A stretch of 24,105 nt of DNA from Nitrososphaerota archaeon (GTDB lineage Archaea > Thermoproteota > Nitrososphaeria > Nitrososphaerales > JAPUIC01): positions 1 through 24,105 of the forward strand of contig JAPUIC010000103.1 in NCBI GenBank assembly GCA_027297425.1, given 5' to 3'. The translations under genes and the position numbers were made by a program. This document shows, piece by piece, positions 1-8,293 of this stretch; positions within the stretch are counted from its first letter, which is position 1; every line of letters begins with the position of its first letter. The notes beneath the pieces were generated by a model, which did not search any database, had not been told where the DNA came from, and saw only the letters and a program-made list of their open reading frames with translations.

Positions 1-122
1 TATTGCTCAAAGTGAAGCCCATGAGGGAACGCGAAGCTGTCCTAGTGCTCTCATTAATAGTCGTAGTATTCACAATCATATCCTATTTTGTGCTAACATC
101 AGTTAACTTGATAGTCTTTTAG
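1..122 (+). CDS. partial ORF (3' end) entering from the left edge; C-terminal hydrophobic helix, function unknown
   Basis: The frame is open from the window edge to TAG at 120-122. Translation ..LLKVKPMREREAVLVLSLIVVVFTIISYFVLTSVNLIVF* contains one hydrophobic segment of about 23 aa. No family recognised. A competing open frame exists on the minus strand (ATG at 79 running to the edge). Confidence 0.2.
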   Translation, partial: LLKVKPMREREAVLVLSLIVVVFTIISYFVLTSVNLIVF

Positions 123-246
123 ATTATAATCGAATTATCTCTTTCCTGTTCAGATATAGCAGTAATTAGGAGGGATACGCAATGGATAACCGATAGTTAG
201 CCGATACTAAAGTTTAAGCTGCACACCGATTTCAGATTTTTGTGGA

Positions 247-627
247 TCAGTTATACAGGTTAACTATCCAGATCCTATTAGAAAGATAGAACGATGAGCC
301 ATCGTGGACTTTGATATAGTAATATCCAGTCTCCAAGTCGGCTGGTAAGGTCACGGCCAATTCCGAGTCAAACCTAGGGTCTATCGAGAAAACCCTGCCG
401 TTCTCAAGAATAGTTGAATCTACATTATTGGCCAAACCGTTATCACTTACGAAGAGATTGATCTGGTATCCTGAAGTTGTCCCTGCACCTATCCTCACTA
501 CTACAACTTGACCAGCGTACCCGTGGTCACTCGCGGAGACTGCTCTTTGGGCCATCGCGGGACCTGAAGAGAAGACCAACATGGCGACGACCAAGAACAC
601 CCCAGCTAAGAGATGGAGAGACTTCAT
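247..627 (-). CDS. small exported protein, unknown function
   Basis: 126-aa ORF. The N-terminus MKSLHLLAGVFLVVAMLVFSSGPAMA/Q has a signal-peptide layout (charged n-region, hydrophobic core, AxA site). The mature part is Gly/Val/Ser-rich. No family recognised. Confidence 0.55.
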   Translation of the reverse strand: MKSLHLLAGVFLVVAMLVFSSGPAMAQRAVSASDHGYAGQVVVVRIGAGTTSGYQINLFVSDNGLANNVDSTILENGRVFSIDPRFDSELAVTLPADLETGYYYIKVHDGSSFYLSNRIWIVNLYN

Positions 628-762
628 ATCCTACGACTTCTTCTCGATCGTTATATTTCAATATTCTGGGTTTATTATTATCTCGGCCCTTAAGAGAAAC
701 ATGAATTGTTATCGCACTCAAAAGATATCTATCTGTTGTACATTATCTGGACAGTAGGCTAA

Positions 763-2028
763 TTGAGTCGCTCCCAAAAGACCGGTTTTTCTAAACTACT
801 TACTATCGACGATGCAATGCGGAAATTTTTCTCTTATGGCGTTGTGCACAGGATACAAACAGTAGAAGTGCCAATAGTGTCCTCGGTAGGTAGAGTCCTT
901 GCGTCGAACTTGGTGACAAATATCGATCTTCCTCCATATGACAGGTCCGCGGTAGATGGTTTTGCGCTGAGGGCTGAGGATACCCTAAGAAGTTCAGAGA
1001 ACAATCCGATCTCATTAAAGATTGTAGATGTGGTAGAGATTGGTACTACACCCAAAGTGCCAGTAGGAAGGTTAGAGGCAGTCCGGATTTCCACAGGAGC
1101 GCCAAGGCCCGAAGGAGCAGATGCAGTGGTGATGATAGAGCATACGGCACAGAAGAAAGATCAAGTCAGAATCTTCAATCCTATCTCAGCATGGAAGAAC
1201 ATGATCAGAAAAGGCGAAGATGTCAAGGTCGGGGACCTCTTGCTTGAAGAAGGCGCTGAGATAATGCCCCAAGATGTCGGAATGCTCTCAGCTCTCTCAT
1301 TCAGCTCGATCAAAGTTATTAGAAAACCTCGAGTAGCTGTCCTGTCAGTCGGGGATGAGCTGTTAAAGGAAGGTAGCGAGCAAACTTATGGTAAGACTGT
1401 TGATATTAACAGACCCGCAATTTTGTCCTCACTTCTCCAAGATGGATGCGAACCTCTAGATTTAGGTATTGTTGGAGATGATTTTGGTATAGTAGAAGAG
1501 AAAGTGAAGGAAGCGTTGGAGAAGAACGATATGCTCTTAGTAGGAGGTGGAACCTCTGTAGGATCCAAAGATATCGTACCCGATGTATTAGATTCTCTCG
1601 GGGAACCAGGTATTGTGGCTCACGGTTTAGCAATGAGGCCTGGAAAACCTGCGGGTTTGGCTATCCTAAACAAGAAACCAGTTGTTCTACTACCAGGCTT
1701 CCCTGTAGCAGCATTAATAACGTATAGTATCATTGCAAGGCCTATCATCTTCCGATTGCTCGGGAGCGAGAATATTAGAAATACGGGCGATATCGTAAAA
1801 GCTAGACTAACTCGTAAAATAGACTCCCCTCCTGGTATTAGAGAATTTGTAAGAGTAGTTATCAGAAATAAGTCACCAGGATTCTCTGCTGAGCCTGTAA
1901 CGGCTACTGGAGCATCTATCCTATCATCAATGGTTAGGTCGAATGGCATTCTAGTCGTTCCTGAAAATATAGAATCTATTAGACAGAATGAACCAGTGGA
2001 GGTCAGATTAATCAGACCTCTTAAGTGA
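763..2028 (+). CDS. moeA: molybdopterin molybdenumtransferase MoeA
   Basis: 421 aa with MoeA-type motifs: SAVDGFALRAED, ISTGAPRPEGADAVVMIE, GGGTSVGSKD, MRPGKP. It starts at TTG, with no in-frame ATG before the conserved N-terminal helix (LLTIDDAMRKF). Confidence 0.9.
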   Translation: MSRSQKTGFSKLLTIDDAMRKFFSYGVVHRIQTVEVPIVSSVGRVLASNLVTNIDLPPYDRSAVDGFALRAEDTLRSSENNPISLKIVDVVEIGTTPKVPVGRLEAVRISTGAPRPEGADAVVMIEHTAQKKDQVRIFNPISAWKNMIRKGEDVKVGDLLLEEGAEIMPQDVGMLSALSFSSIKVIRKPRVAVLSVGDELLKEGSEQTYGKTVDINRPAILSSLLQDGCEPLDLGIVGDDFGIVEEKVKEALEKNDMLLVGGGTSVGSKDIVPDVLDSLGEPGIVAHGLAMRPGKPAGLAILNKKPVVLLPGFPVAALITYSIIARPIIFRLLGSENIRNTGDIVKARLTRKIDSPPGIREFVRVVIRNKSPGFSAEPVTATGASILSSMVRSNGILVVPENIESIRQNEPVEVRLIRPLK

Positions 2029-2128
2029 ACAATGAATCTAGTTGATATATCATGCCATCAGTCTATGTCTCGGATGCTGGCACCTGAACATACCAAATCC
2101 TCATTATCCCAACCATTTTCTTGAAAGA

Positions 2129-2139
2129 TTTTAATTTTA
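2129..2139 (+). promoter_or_regulatory. TATA-box-like element upstream of the SnoaL-like gene
   Basis: TTTTAATTTTA lies 22-32 nt upstream of ATG 2161. This spacing fits an archaeal TATA box driving a leaderless or short-leader mRNA. Confidence 0.4.
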
Positions 2140-2160
2140 CAAAACTTGTGGATATTCATA

Positions 2161-2541
2161 ATGACACTAAGGGACTTTGCAGAACGCTACTATGATGCAA
2201 TAAGTCGGAGAGATATTGAATACATATTCAGCTTGTTCGGGGATAACGCAACACTATATTTTCCTAGCCAGCATGAGTATAAGGGTAAGGATGCGATAAT
2301 GACATTCTTTAGAGACGTATTCTTTCAGCAATTTGTAAGAATTGAATATCGTGACCTAACAATCGTTCAATCTTCGGAGAATATTGCCATAAAGGCCTAT
2401 GTAACAGGTAATGTTTCCAATACAAAGAGTTTCGAGCAGATAAGATACTTTGAGTTCTTGGAACTCAGAGATGGTCATATATCAAGGTCCGAAATCTGTA
2501 TCGACATGCCGGCTCTAAGAGCTCAAGTGGGAAAATGGTGA
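2161..2541 (+). CDS. NTF2/SnoaL-like fold protein (ketosteroid-isomerase-like), function unknown
   Basis: The pattern FAERYYDAISRRDIEYIFSLFGDNATLYFP...GKDAIMTFF...ISRSEICID is typical of SnoaL-like domains. I prefer ATG 2161 (MTLRDF..) over the track's TTG 2146 because of the TATA-like element at 2129-2139. Confidence 0.6.
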   Translation: MTLRDFAERYYDAISRRDIEYIFSLFGDNATLYFPSQHEYKGKDAIMTFFRDVFFQQFVRIEYRDLTIVQSSENIAIKAYVTGNVSNTKSFEQIRYFEFLELRDGHISRSEICIDMPALRAQVGKW

Positions 2542-2613
2542 CGTTAAGCATAAATCACTAAAAATTCACTATTAATATATCTAAGTAAATTCGAATTATA
2601 GGTAGAGCTGAAA

Positions 2614-3630
2614 ATGGATAAGGCCTCGCAAAGAGTGGAAAATCTTCATGACTCGTATGGCAGGCTTGCCTCGAAGCTCAGGATATCAATAACGGATAGG
2701 TGCAACTTCAGATGTAATTTTTGCATGCCTAGTCAACCAGTCTGGCTTCCTCATGACGAGATTTTGACTTTCGAGGAGATTGTGAGAACGGCTAGAGTTC
2801 TTAGCCAGATGGGTATCGATCGAATAAGACTTAGCGGAGGGGAGCCTCTAGTGAGGAAAGATGTAGAAGGTCTGGTATCAATGCTGAGCAGAATCGATGG
2901 GATAAAGAGCATTGGAATGACTACGAACGGTTCACTTCTAGCAGCCAAGGCCTCTGCGTTGAAGCGGGCAGGATTAAGTAGTGTCACAATTAGTCTACAT
3001 AGCCTTAAACCCGAGCGCTTTGACAAGATCACTGGAACAAATGGAATCTTCGATAAGATAACTGAAGGAATCGAGGCCGCTAGGTCGTTGGATTTCAAGC
3101 CCTTGAAGATAAATTGTGTAATTACACGGGGTGAAAATGATGATGAGATAATCGATTTTGCAAGGTTCGCGCATGAGACTGGAGTAACTGTTCGCTTCAT
3201 AGAATACATGCCCTTCGATGGAACGAAACTTTGGGACGCCCATAGGGTCATAACTGGCGAGGAGATCGTGGATAAGATCAATAAGATTTACCCGGTAGCG
3301 AAGATCGAGCGAGAAACAGGGAGCACAGCTATCGAATATAACTTCGAGGACGGATCCGAAGGTGGGATAGCAACTATAACCTCTATGTCAGCCCCATTCT
3401 GTGGTGATTGTGATAGGATTAGGATTACTGCCGATGGAAAGGTTGTTCCGTGCCTTTTCTCTAGAGACGAGTATGATATTAAGTCAAAACTACGTGCTGG
3501 AGCTTCTGATGAAGAGCTGTCCGCGTATATCAGGAGTGTTTACTTTAGAAAGTCGCCCGGTGTAGAGACAATGATAAAGAATAAAGCTAACCTAGAGCAT
3601 GTTAGGCCGATGCACACCATCGGAGGCTAG
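2614..3630 (+). CDS. moaA: GTP 3',8-cyclase MoaA (radical SAM)
   Basis: CNFRCNFC is a radical-SAM CxxxCxxC motif. The C-terminal second cluster is CGDCDRIRITADGKVVPC. GGEPL is present and the protein ends in Gly-Gly, as in MoaA. Confidence 0.93.
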   Translation: MDKASQRVENLHDSYGRLASKLRISITDRCNFRCNFCMPSQPVWLPHDEILTFEEIVRTARVLSQMGIDRIRLSGGEPLVRKDVEGLVSMLSRIDGIKSIGMTTNGSLLAAKASALKRAGLSSVTISLHSLKPERFDKITGTNGIFDKITEGIEAARSLDFKPLKINCVITRGENDDEIIDFARFAHETGVTVRFIEYMPFDGTKLWDAHRVITGEEIVDKINKIYPVAKIERETGSTAIEYNFEDGSEGGIATITSMSAPFCGDCDRIRITADGKVVPCLFSRDEYDIKSKLRAGASDEELSAYIRSVYFRKSPGVETMIKNKANLEHVRPMHTIGG

Positions 3631-3670
3631 ACAACACTAATCCTAGTATTAATCATACAGTAGAGTAGAG

Positions 3671-4300
3671 ATGGATAAGAAGGATCAGGCGGCAGTTGTA
3701 CTTGCTGGCGGTTCTAGTCGAAGAATGGGGTATGATAAGGCATTCATAAAGCTCGAGGGTGTAGAGATGCTTAAACGGATTGTTGATCTGGTATATAGTA
3801 TAACATCAGAGGTAATTGTCGTTATAGATAAGGAAGCAAATCCTGATAGATACCGTGGTTTGGTCCCCGGGGATGTTAAGATCATAAATGATCTCAAGAC
3901 TGGCCAAAATCCACTCATTGGGGTCTATAGTGGCTTATCAATAGTGTCTAACAAATATGCACTATTGATCCCTTGCGACGTCCCTTTCCTAAACCGAGGA
4001 ATCATTCAGTTAATCTTTGAGAGATCAGACGGGCATCAAGCGGCGGTTCCCCGGTGGCCCGATGGCAGAATCGAGCCATTAATGTCGGTTTATAGAGCTC
4101 ATGAAGGGTTTAATCTAGTGCAAAAATTAGTAGGTAACCGCTCTAGCTCCATGAATGATTTTGTTGATTCGTTTGCAGACATTGCATTCGTTGAAATTGA
4201 AAGCCTGCGCCATCTTGACAACGGTTTACTGACGTTTTCAAACATTAATACTCCCGAAGACTTGAAGAAGATGGAGTTGGTTGCGGGAGAATCGCTCTAA
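3671..4300 (+). CDS. mobA: molybdenum cofactor guanylyltransferase MobA-like
   Basis: N-terminal AAVVLAGGSSRRMGYDKAF nucleotidyltransferase motif (LAGGxSxRMG), 209 aa, adjacent to moaA. Confidence 0.85.
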   Translation: MDKKDQAAVVLAGGSSRRMGYDKAFIKLEGVEMLKRIVDLVYSITSEVIVVIDKEANPDRYRGLVPGDVKIINDLKTGQNPLIGVYSGLSIVSNKYALLIPCDVPFLNRGIIQLIFERSDGHQAAVPRWPDGRIEPLMSVYRAHEGFNLVQKLVGNRSSSMNDFVDSFADIAFVEIESLRHLDNGLLTFSNINTPEDLKKMELVAGESL

Positions 4301-4438
4301 CTGTCTCGAGTTATTCTCTTGAATGTGCTTAGATGCTGCTGCACCAAATCAAGAATAGTTCCTATAGTATGACCTTTGAGATCGTGATGGCCAGTCCGTA
4401 AGATAATATCGAAAATTTCTGATTGTCAGTAAAACATC

Positions 4439-5140
4439 CTAGACGGATTCTTTGATAACTTCCGCCGTTACGTGTCTAAGATTCTGTAGAACTTCTGATA
4501 ATGGTGAAACGTGAGCATATTTCATGCTAAGATCAAATAGAGATACTTTATGCGAAATCTGGGATCTGTCCGCAGCACATTCAATCGGTAGAAAAGTCTT
4601 GTATTTGTAGGCAAATGCATCCACCGCAGTTGCCCTTACGCATCCTGATGTTACCATGCCTGTAACTATCAAGGTGTCCACACGTATCCGGTTCAAGAGT
4701 GCCATTAGAGATGTTCCACAAAACGCACTGGGTGCGGCCTTCTCAATTAGGATTTCATTTTCCCCGGGAGCTATGTCATCTATGATCTCATTAGAGCGTG
4801 GATCTAATTTGCTAAAAGCTTGAGCCCTAGATGAGGTCGGTGCAGCGATCTTCTCTATGGCCCAGCTTCGTCTATCATTTCTAGTGTAAAAGATAGGAAT
4901 CTTTAGAGGTCTGGCCACGTCTAGAAGATCCTTTATCGCTTTCACACATGGTAATCCGGTCTTGCTGAATCCCATCGGATACTTGTCGTCAACAAAGCCA
5001 TGGGTCATGTCAACCACTACCACTGCAGGGTTTTCGCCAAATTCTCGCTGTGGCTTAGGGTATCTGCTAAATGAATTAACATCTTCCTCAGGGATAATGT
5101 CAGGAATGTAGGATCCGTTCGAATAAAATCTGCTCTCCAA
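4439..5140 (-). CDS. isochorismatase-family cysteine hydrolase
   Basis: AVVVVDMTHGF (Asp), IEKAAPSAF (Lys) and TGMVTSGCVRATAVDA (Cys) match the D-K-C triad context of the isochorismatase/N-carbamoylsarcosine amidase family. TTG start. Confidence 0.85.
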   Translation of the reverse strand: MESRFYSNGSYIPDIIPEEDVNSFSRYPKPQREFGENPAVVVVDMTHGFVDDKYPMGFSKTGLPCVKAIKDLLDVARPLKIPIFYTRNDRRSWAIEKIAAPTSSRAQAFSKLDPRSNEIIDDIAPGENEILIEKAAPSAFCGTSLMALLNRIRVDTLIVTGMVTSGCVRATAVDAFAYKYKTFLPIECAADRSQISHKVSLFDLSMKYAHVSPLSEVLQNLRHVTAEVIKESV

Positions 5141-5310
5141 TATGATAAAGCCTATAGGCGGTTCAAGTATTTAATCTCTGCCGGCAATCATATTCTATCA
5201 GAGTGACTCGAATATGGCTAGATAATAGCCATGAAAAATTTTTCCGTAGACTCTTCTAGAAATATCATTTATATCCCAATCCCCCTAAATTTATTATGAG
5301 GAAATAGAAG

Positions 5311-5640
5311 ATGGATAAGATCGAGTTCACTCGTGATTGGTCTAAAGTGGTAACAGACCAACAGACCCAAACTACTCGGCCTCTTCATTGGTATCCACGG
5401 TATCAAGAGAAGATTGGTGTTAAGATTCGAGTGGTTCCTCCTAATCCTAGCCTCCCCGTCCATTATATTATGCTCACAGGTGTAATCAAGACTACTCTAC
5501 AAGAAGTGACCTCAAATGATGAGTATTATGTCAGGGAGGGTTGTTCATCGGGGGAACAGTTTGAGAAGTCCTGGTCATCCGACCACGGAAGTTTTGATCC
5601 AACCCAGGAAGTCTGTGTATTGAGGTTCGTCAGGGTTTAG
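5311..5640 (+). CDS. hypothetical protein, possibly ASCH/PUA-like fold
   Basis: 109 aa. The N-terminal pattern IEFTRDWSKVVTDQQTQTTRP...GVKIRV and the C-terminal EVCVLRFVRV resemble small ASCH proteins of the YqfB type, recalled from memory. Weak call. Confidence 0.4.
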   Translation: MDKIEFTRDWSKVVTDQQTQTTRPLHWYPRYQEKIGVKIRVVPPNPSLPVHYIMLTGVIKTTLQEVTSNDEYYVREGCSSGEQFEKSWSSDHGSFDPTQEVCVLRFVRV

Positions 5641-5720
5641 CTCTGGCCACATTCTCTCAATTATTTTTCCATGGTGAAAGATGGATAGCCCGGGCCAGAC
5701 TCGAACTGGCGTCACCGGCT

Positions 5721-5732
5721 CTCTTCCAATGA
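5721..5732 (-). other. canonical-position tRNA intron (12 nt, 37/38)
   Basis: Intron UCAUUGGAAGAG. Exon CUUU (positions 32-35) pairs with intron GAAG. The bulges are GG|U and AG|A, and the remaining 5 nt form a loop (relaxed BHB/BHL). Confidence 0.8.
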
Positions 5733-5745
5733 CCAAAGGCCGATA

Positions 5746-5763
5746 ATCAAGAACGATTAGTTT
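5746..5763 (-). other. non-canonical tRNA intron (18 nt, between D-stem positions 24/25)
   Basis: Intron AAACUAAUCGUUCUUGAU. The central 4-bp helix is CAAG (5766-5769) with CUUG (5748-5751). The 3-nt bulges are CA|A and AU|U. The inner helix is AAC/GUU and the outer helix is CGGU/AUCG. Removal leaves a normal D-stem (GUGU/GCAU) plus A26. Confidence 0.75.
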
Positions 5764-5813
5764 TGCTTGACCGCTACACCACCGGGCTACCAAATCATCG
5801 GCTGGCTGCAACT

Positions 5814-5821
5814 ATTAATTC
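5814..5821 (-). promoter_or_regulatory. TATA-box-like element upstream of tRNA-Gln
   Basis: Minus-strand AATTAATA lies 26-33 nt upstream of the tRNA 5' end at 5788. Confidence 0.45.
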
Positions 5822-6052
5822 TTTGACGGAACGAGCGATCTTTTTCAGCATCACTCACCCAAACTGAGATATTGTGGAACCTTAAACTTATTTATGCGTC
5901 TTTATTTTATTCAGACAGATGCAACGCGGGTGGTTTGCTCCCTCCGGTCCGCTTAACAAGCCCCAAAAGGGAGGAGAATTGTACTGGAAGCTCGAGCCCT
6001 GACTGATAAGGTCGAAGTAGACCGTAGAGCTGGTAACCCTGTACACAGAGGC

Positions 6053-6739
6053 ATGCAGAGGTTTAAGGTCAGCGAGGTCTTTAGGAGTATTCAAGGGGAA
6101 GGAGAAGCCGTTGGTCTACCTTCTGATTTCATTAGGTTGTATACCTGCAATCTTACATGTAGCTGGTGTGACACTAAATATACCTGGGTAGGGCAAGACA
6201 GAGCTATCGAGGGTAAAGACTTCATCTACCTAACCTCGAGAGAGATTATCGATAGACTCACTAAGATAGGTAATACAAAGCACGTTACGATAACAGGAGG
6301 GGAGCCTCTGCTACAACCGATCGAAGAGTTAGTCATGGAACTAAAGGGAAAGGGAAGGAGTGTCATTATCGAAACAAATGGAACCATCGAGCCTTCAGAA
6401 ACTCTCCTGAATTTAGTAGATATCTGGTCTATATCGCCTAAAACAAGCAACTCCGGGACAAAGTATGATTATGGAAAGATGCAATGGATTAACCGTACGA
6501 AGGGGTATTACCTGAAATTTGTGGTGGTTAATCCCTCTGAGGATATTAGGGAGATCTCCCAGTTCGTAGATTCGAGAGGGATAAAAGACAATAAAGTCAT
6601 CTTGCAACCAAACGGTGTAAGCAGAAACTATGAGAAATGTGTGACGGAGTTGATGGACTATGCTGTGTCCGCTGCTTTACCGTATAGAGTAGTGCCCCAG
6701 ATACACAGGTTGGCATGGGGATTGACCAGAGGTAAGTAG
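6053..6739 (+). CDS. queE: 7-carboxy-7-deazaguanine synthase QueE (radical SAM)
   Basis: N-terminus MQRFKVSEVFRSIQGEGEAVGLPSDFIRLYTCNLTCSWCDT (the QueE SIQGEG motif plus a Cys cluster) and GGEPLL. 228 aa. Confidence 0.9.
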   Translation: MQRFKVSEVFRSIQGEGEAVGLPSDFIRLYTCNLTCSWCDTKYTWVGQDRAIEGKDFIYLTSREIIDRLTKIGNTKHVTITGGEPLLQPIEELVMELKGKGRSVIIETNGTIEPSETLLNLVDIWSISPKTSNSGTKYDYGKMQWINRTKGYYLKFVVVNPSEDIREISQFVDSRGIKDNKVILQPNGVSRNYEKCVTELMDYAVSAALPYRVVPQIHRLAWGLTRGK

Positions 6740-6743
6740 ACTG

Positions 6744-8228
6744 TTGTGTAGCATTAACGGCTTGATCCTTTTCGAAAAAGAGAGGGATAACACGGAACTT
6801 CACGGGATAGAAGAAAGGCTTAGGGCGCTTATCGTTCGGGCCGAGGACCGGGGGAGAGATAGTTATGGGATTGTTTCATTTGAAAATGATAATTCTGTAA
6901 GGATTGTGAAAGAGACTGGATCGCCGTCGAAAAGTTTGAATGAGAAATCACGGTTAATTACGGCAAACACGAAAGTGGTTATCAGCAACAATAGAGCAGA
7001 ACCAACTACGGAGTTTGTCTATGAAAAGTTGGATACGGATATCCAGCCCTTAGGCAGTGAGATATTCGTCTCACACAACGGAACTATTGCTAACGATAAT
7101 GAACTGCAGAAGCGGTATAATCTCACTCGCCATAGTAAAATAGATACGAGTATCTTACCTCCTCTTTTAGATCACTTATGGAGTTCCGATCGACGTATTG
7201 AGGTACTCGTGGAAGTTCTTAGGGAAGTAGTAGGGAGCTTCGCTTTAGCGATAGTAGATAGATGGAAGCCGGACCATCTCTATCTAGCCTGTAATTATAA
7301 GCCGATTTACATGGAATATGACTATAACCACGAAGTGATGTTCTTCACTTCTCTAGAAGATTATTTTGGGAATAAATCCCTTTTTGATAGCAATCCAACC
7401 AAACAGCTCAAACCGTACAGTGTCTTATCCATCAATACTTCCCGAGAACAAAGAGAGTGCGAATTGCTTCCAGAACATACGAAGAACAAACGGAAAGCCC
7501 TAGCCGTTTGCAGTGGTGGCTTGGATAGCACTATTGCAGCAAAAGTTGCAGATAAAGAGGGATATGATATAACACTCTTGCACTTCAAGTATCGGCATAG
7601 AGCAGAGTCCAAAGAGGAACAGGCGGTTCAACGGGTATCAAAGGCATTGGCTTGCGAGCTTATTGTGGTAGATACAGATCTCTTCAGAGATGCCATCGGG
7701 TCCTCTAACTTGGTTTCCAAGACATTAGAAGTTAACAGACAGAACGAGGGCAAGTCAGGGGCCGAGTTTGCTTCTGAGTGGGTGCCAGCTAGAAACCTTA
7801 TCTTTCTATCAATAGCAGTAGGAATCGCAGAGTCCAAGGGTTACGATTTCATTATTCTTGGGAATAATCTTGAGGAATCCGGATCATATCCAGATAATGA
7901 GATGATCTTCATCAATAAGCTAAACGAAGTCTTACCCTATGCGACCAATTTGGGGAAGAAAGTTAGCATTCTGATGCCCTTAGGTAATCTGGTAAAACAC
8001 GAAATAGTAAAGACGGGTTTGGAGGTGGGAGCACCCATACACCTTACATGGTCCTGTTATGAAGGAGGCGATAATCCTTGCAATAGTTGTGGTCCGGACT
8101 TCATGAGGCGACATGCTTTTAGAATCAACAAGGTTATTGACCCGATAGCCGACGATCTCAATAATACATTCTGGGAAGGTTGTGAGAAATTCCCTCAACC
8201 GATTCCCTTGTCTCAGGATTCAAGATAA
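6744..8228 (+). CDS. class-II glutamine amidotransferase / QueC (7-cyano-7-deazaguanine synthase) fusion protein, GAT-QueC type
   Basis: It starts TTG-TGT, giving Met-Cys (MCSINGL..), the N-terminal nucleophile Cys of Ntn/class-II GATases. The C-terminal half has the PP-loop ALAVCSGGLDST and the QueC zinc cysteines WSCYEGGDNPCNSCGPDFMRRHAF. It lies 4 nt downstream of the queE stop. Confidence 0.85.
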   Translation: MCSINGLILFEKERDNTELHGIEERLRALIVRAEDRGRDSYGIVSFENDNSVRIVKETGSPSKSLNEKSRLITANTKVVISNNRAEPTTEFVYEKLDTDIQPLGSEIFVSHNGTIANDNELQKRYNLTRHSKIDTSILPPLLDHLWSSDRRIEVLVEVLREVVGSFALAIVDRWKPDHLYLACNYKPIYMEYDYNHEVMFFTSLEDYFGNKSLFDSNPTKQLKPYSVLSINTSREQRECELLPEHTKNKRKALAVCSGGLDSTIAAKVADKEGYDITLLHFKYRHRAESKEEQAVQRVSKALACELIVVDTDLFRDAIGSSNLVSKTLEVNRQNEGKSGAEFASEWVPARNLIFLSIAVGIAESKGYDFIILGNNLEESGSYPDNEMIFINKLNEVLPYATNLGKKVSILMPLGNLVKHEIVKTGLEVGAPIHLTWSCYEGGDNPCNSCGPDFMRRHAFRINKVIDPIADDLNNTFWEGCEKFPQPIPLSQDSR

Positions 8229-8293
8229 TCATCTGGCAAAACTTACTTAAACCTAGGCTTCAGCCCTCGGCATAGAGAAATTTGCCGCCACCA

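Larger units (their letters stand above)
5686..5788 (-). tRNA. tRNA-Gln (anticodon UUG) with two BHB introns; 73 nt after splicing, CCA not encoded
   Basis: Minus strand: AGCCCGG UG GUGU AGCGGUCAA GCA[18 nt]UA UCGGC CUUUGG[12 nt]A GCCGG UGAC GCCAG UUCGAGU CUGGC CCGGGCU A. The acceptor stem is 7 bp (A1-U72), the T-arm is GCCAG/CUGGC with a UUCGAGU loop, the anticodon loop is CUUUGGA and the discriminator is A73. The 5' half closely resembles archaeal tRNA-Gln (for example the M. jannaschii AGCCCGGUGGUGUAG...). Confidence 0.93.

Noticed and set aside
151-164. Exact 14-mer CAGATATAGCAGTA shared between 151-164 and 17155-17168 (the latter in the moaC/acyl-CoA-synthetase divergent spacer), each preceded by TTCCT
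   Set aside because: For a 24-kb window, about one exact 14-mer repeat per orientation is expected by chance (roughly 3e8 position pairs against 4^14 = 2.7e8 sequences). The genomic contexts differ (a convergent 3' spacer versus a divergent promoter), and similarity decays immediately outside the core.
5214-5232. Palindrome ATGGCTA-GATAA-TAGCCAT in the divergent spacer between the isochorismatase-like and ASCH-like genes (possible operator)
   Set aside because: Inverted repeats with 7-bp arms and a short spacer are expected many times by chance in 24 kb. There is no second copy and no adjacent regulator gene to link it to.
5682-5685. Genomically encoded CCA tail for tRNA-Gln
   Set aside because: The sequence after discriminator A73 is UCCA, not CCA directly, so CCA is presumably added post-transcriptionally.
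5820-6052. C/D-box or H/ACA small RNA, or a known preQ1-type riboswitch, in the tRNA-Gln/queE spacer
   Set aside because: I found no RUGAUGA...CUGA box pair in proper order and spacing on either strand. There is no hairpin-ACA arrangement and no match to the preQ1 riboswitch consensus as I remember it. Only the generic structure noted in the findings remains.
5888-6094. 68-aa minus-strand ORF overlapping the queE start
   Set aside because: It overlaps the conserved queE N-terminus, has no recognisable motif, and covers the GC-rich leader discussed separately. It is probably non-coding.
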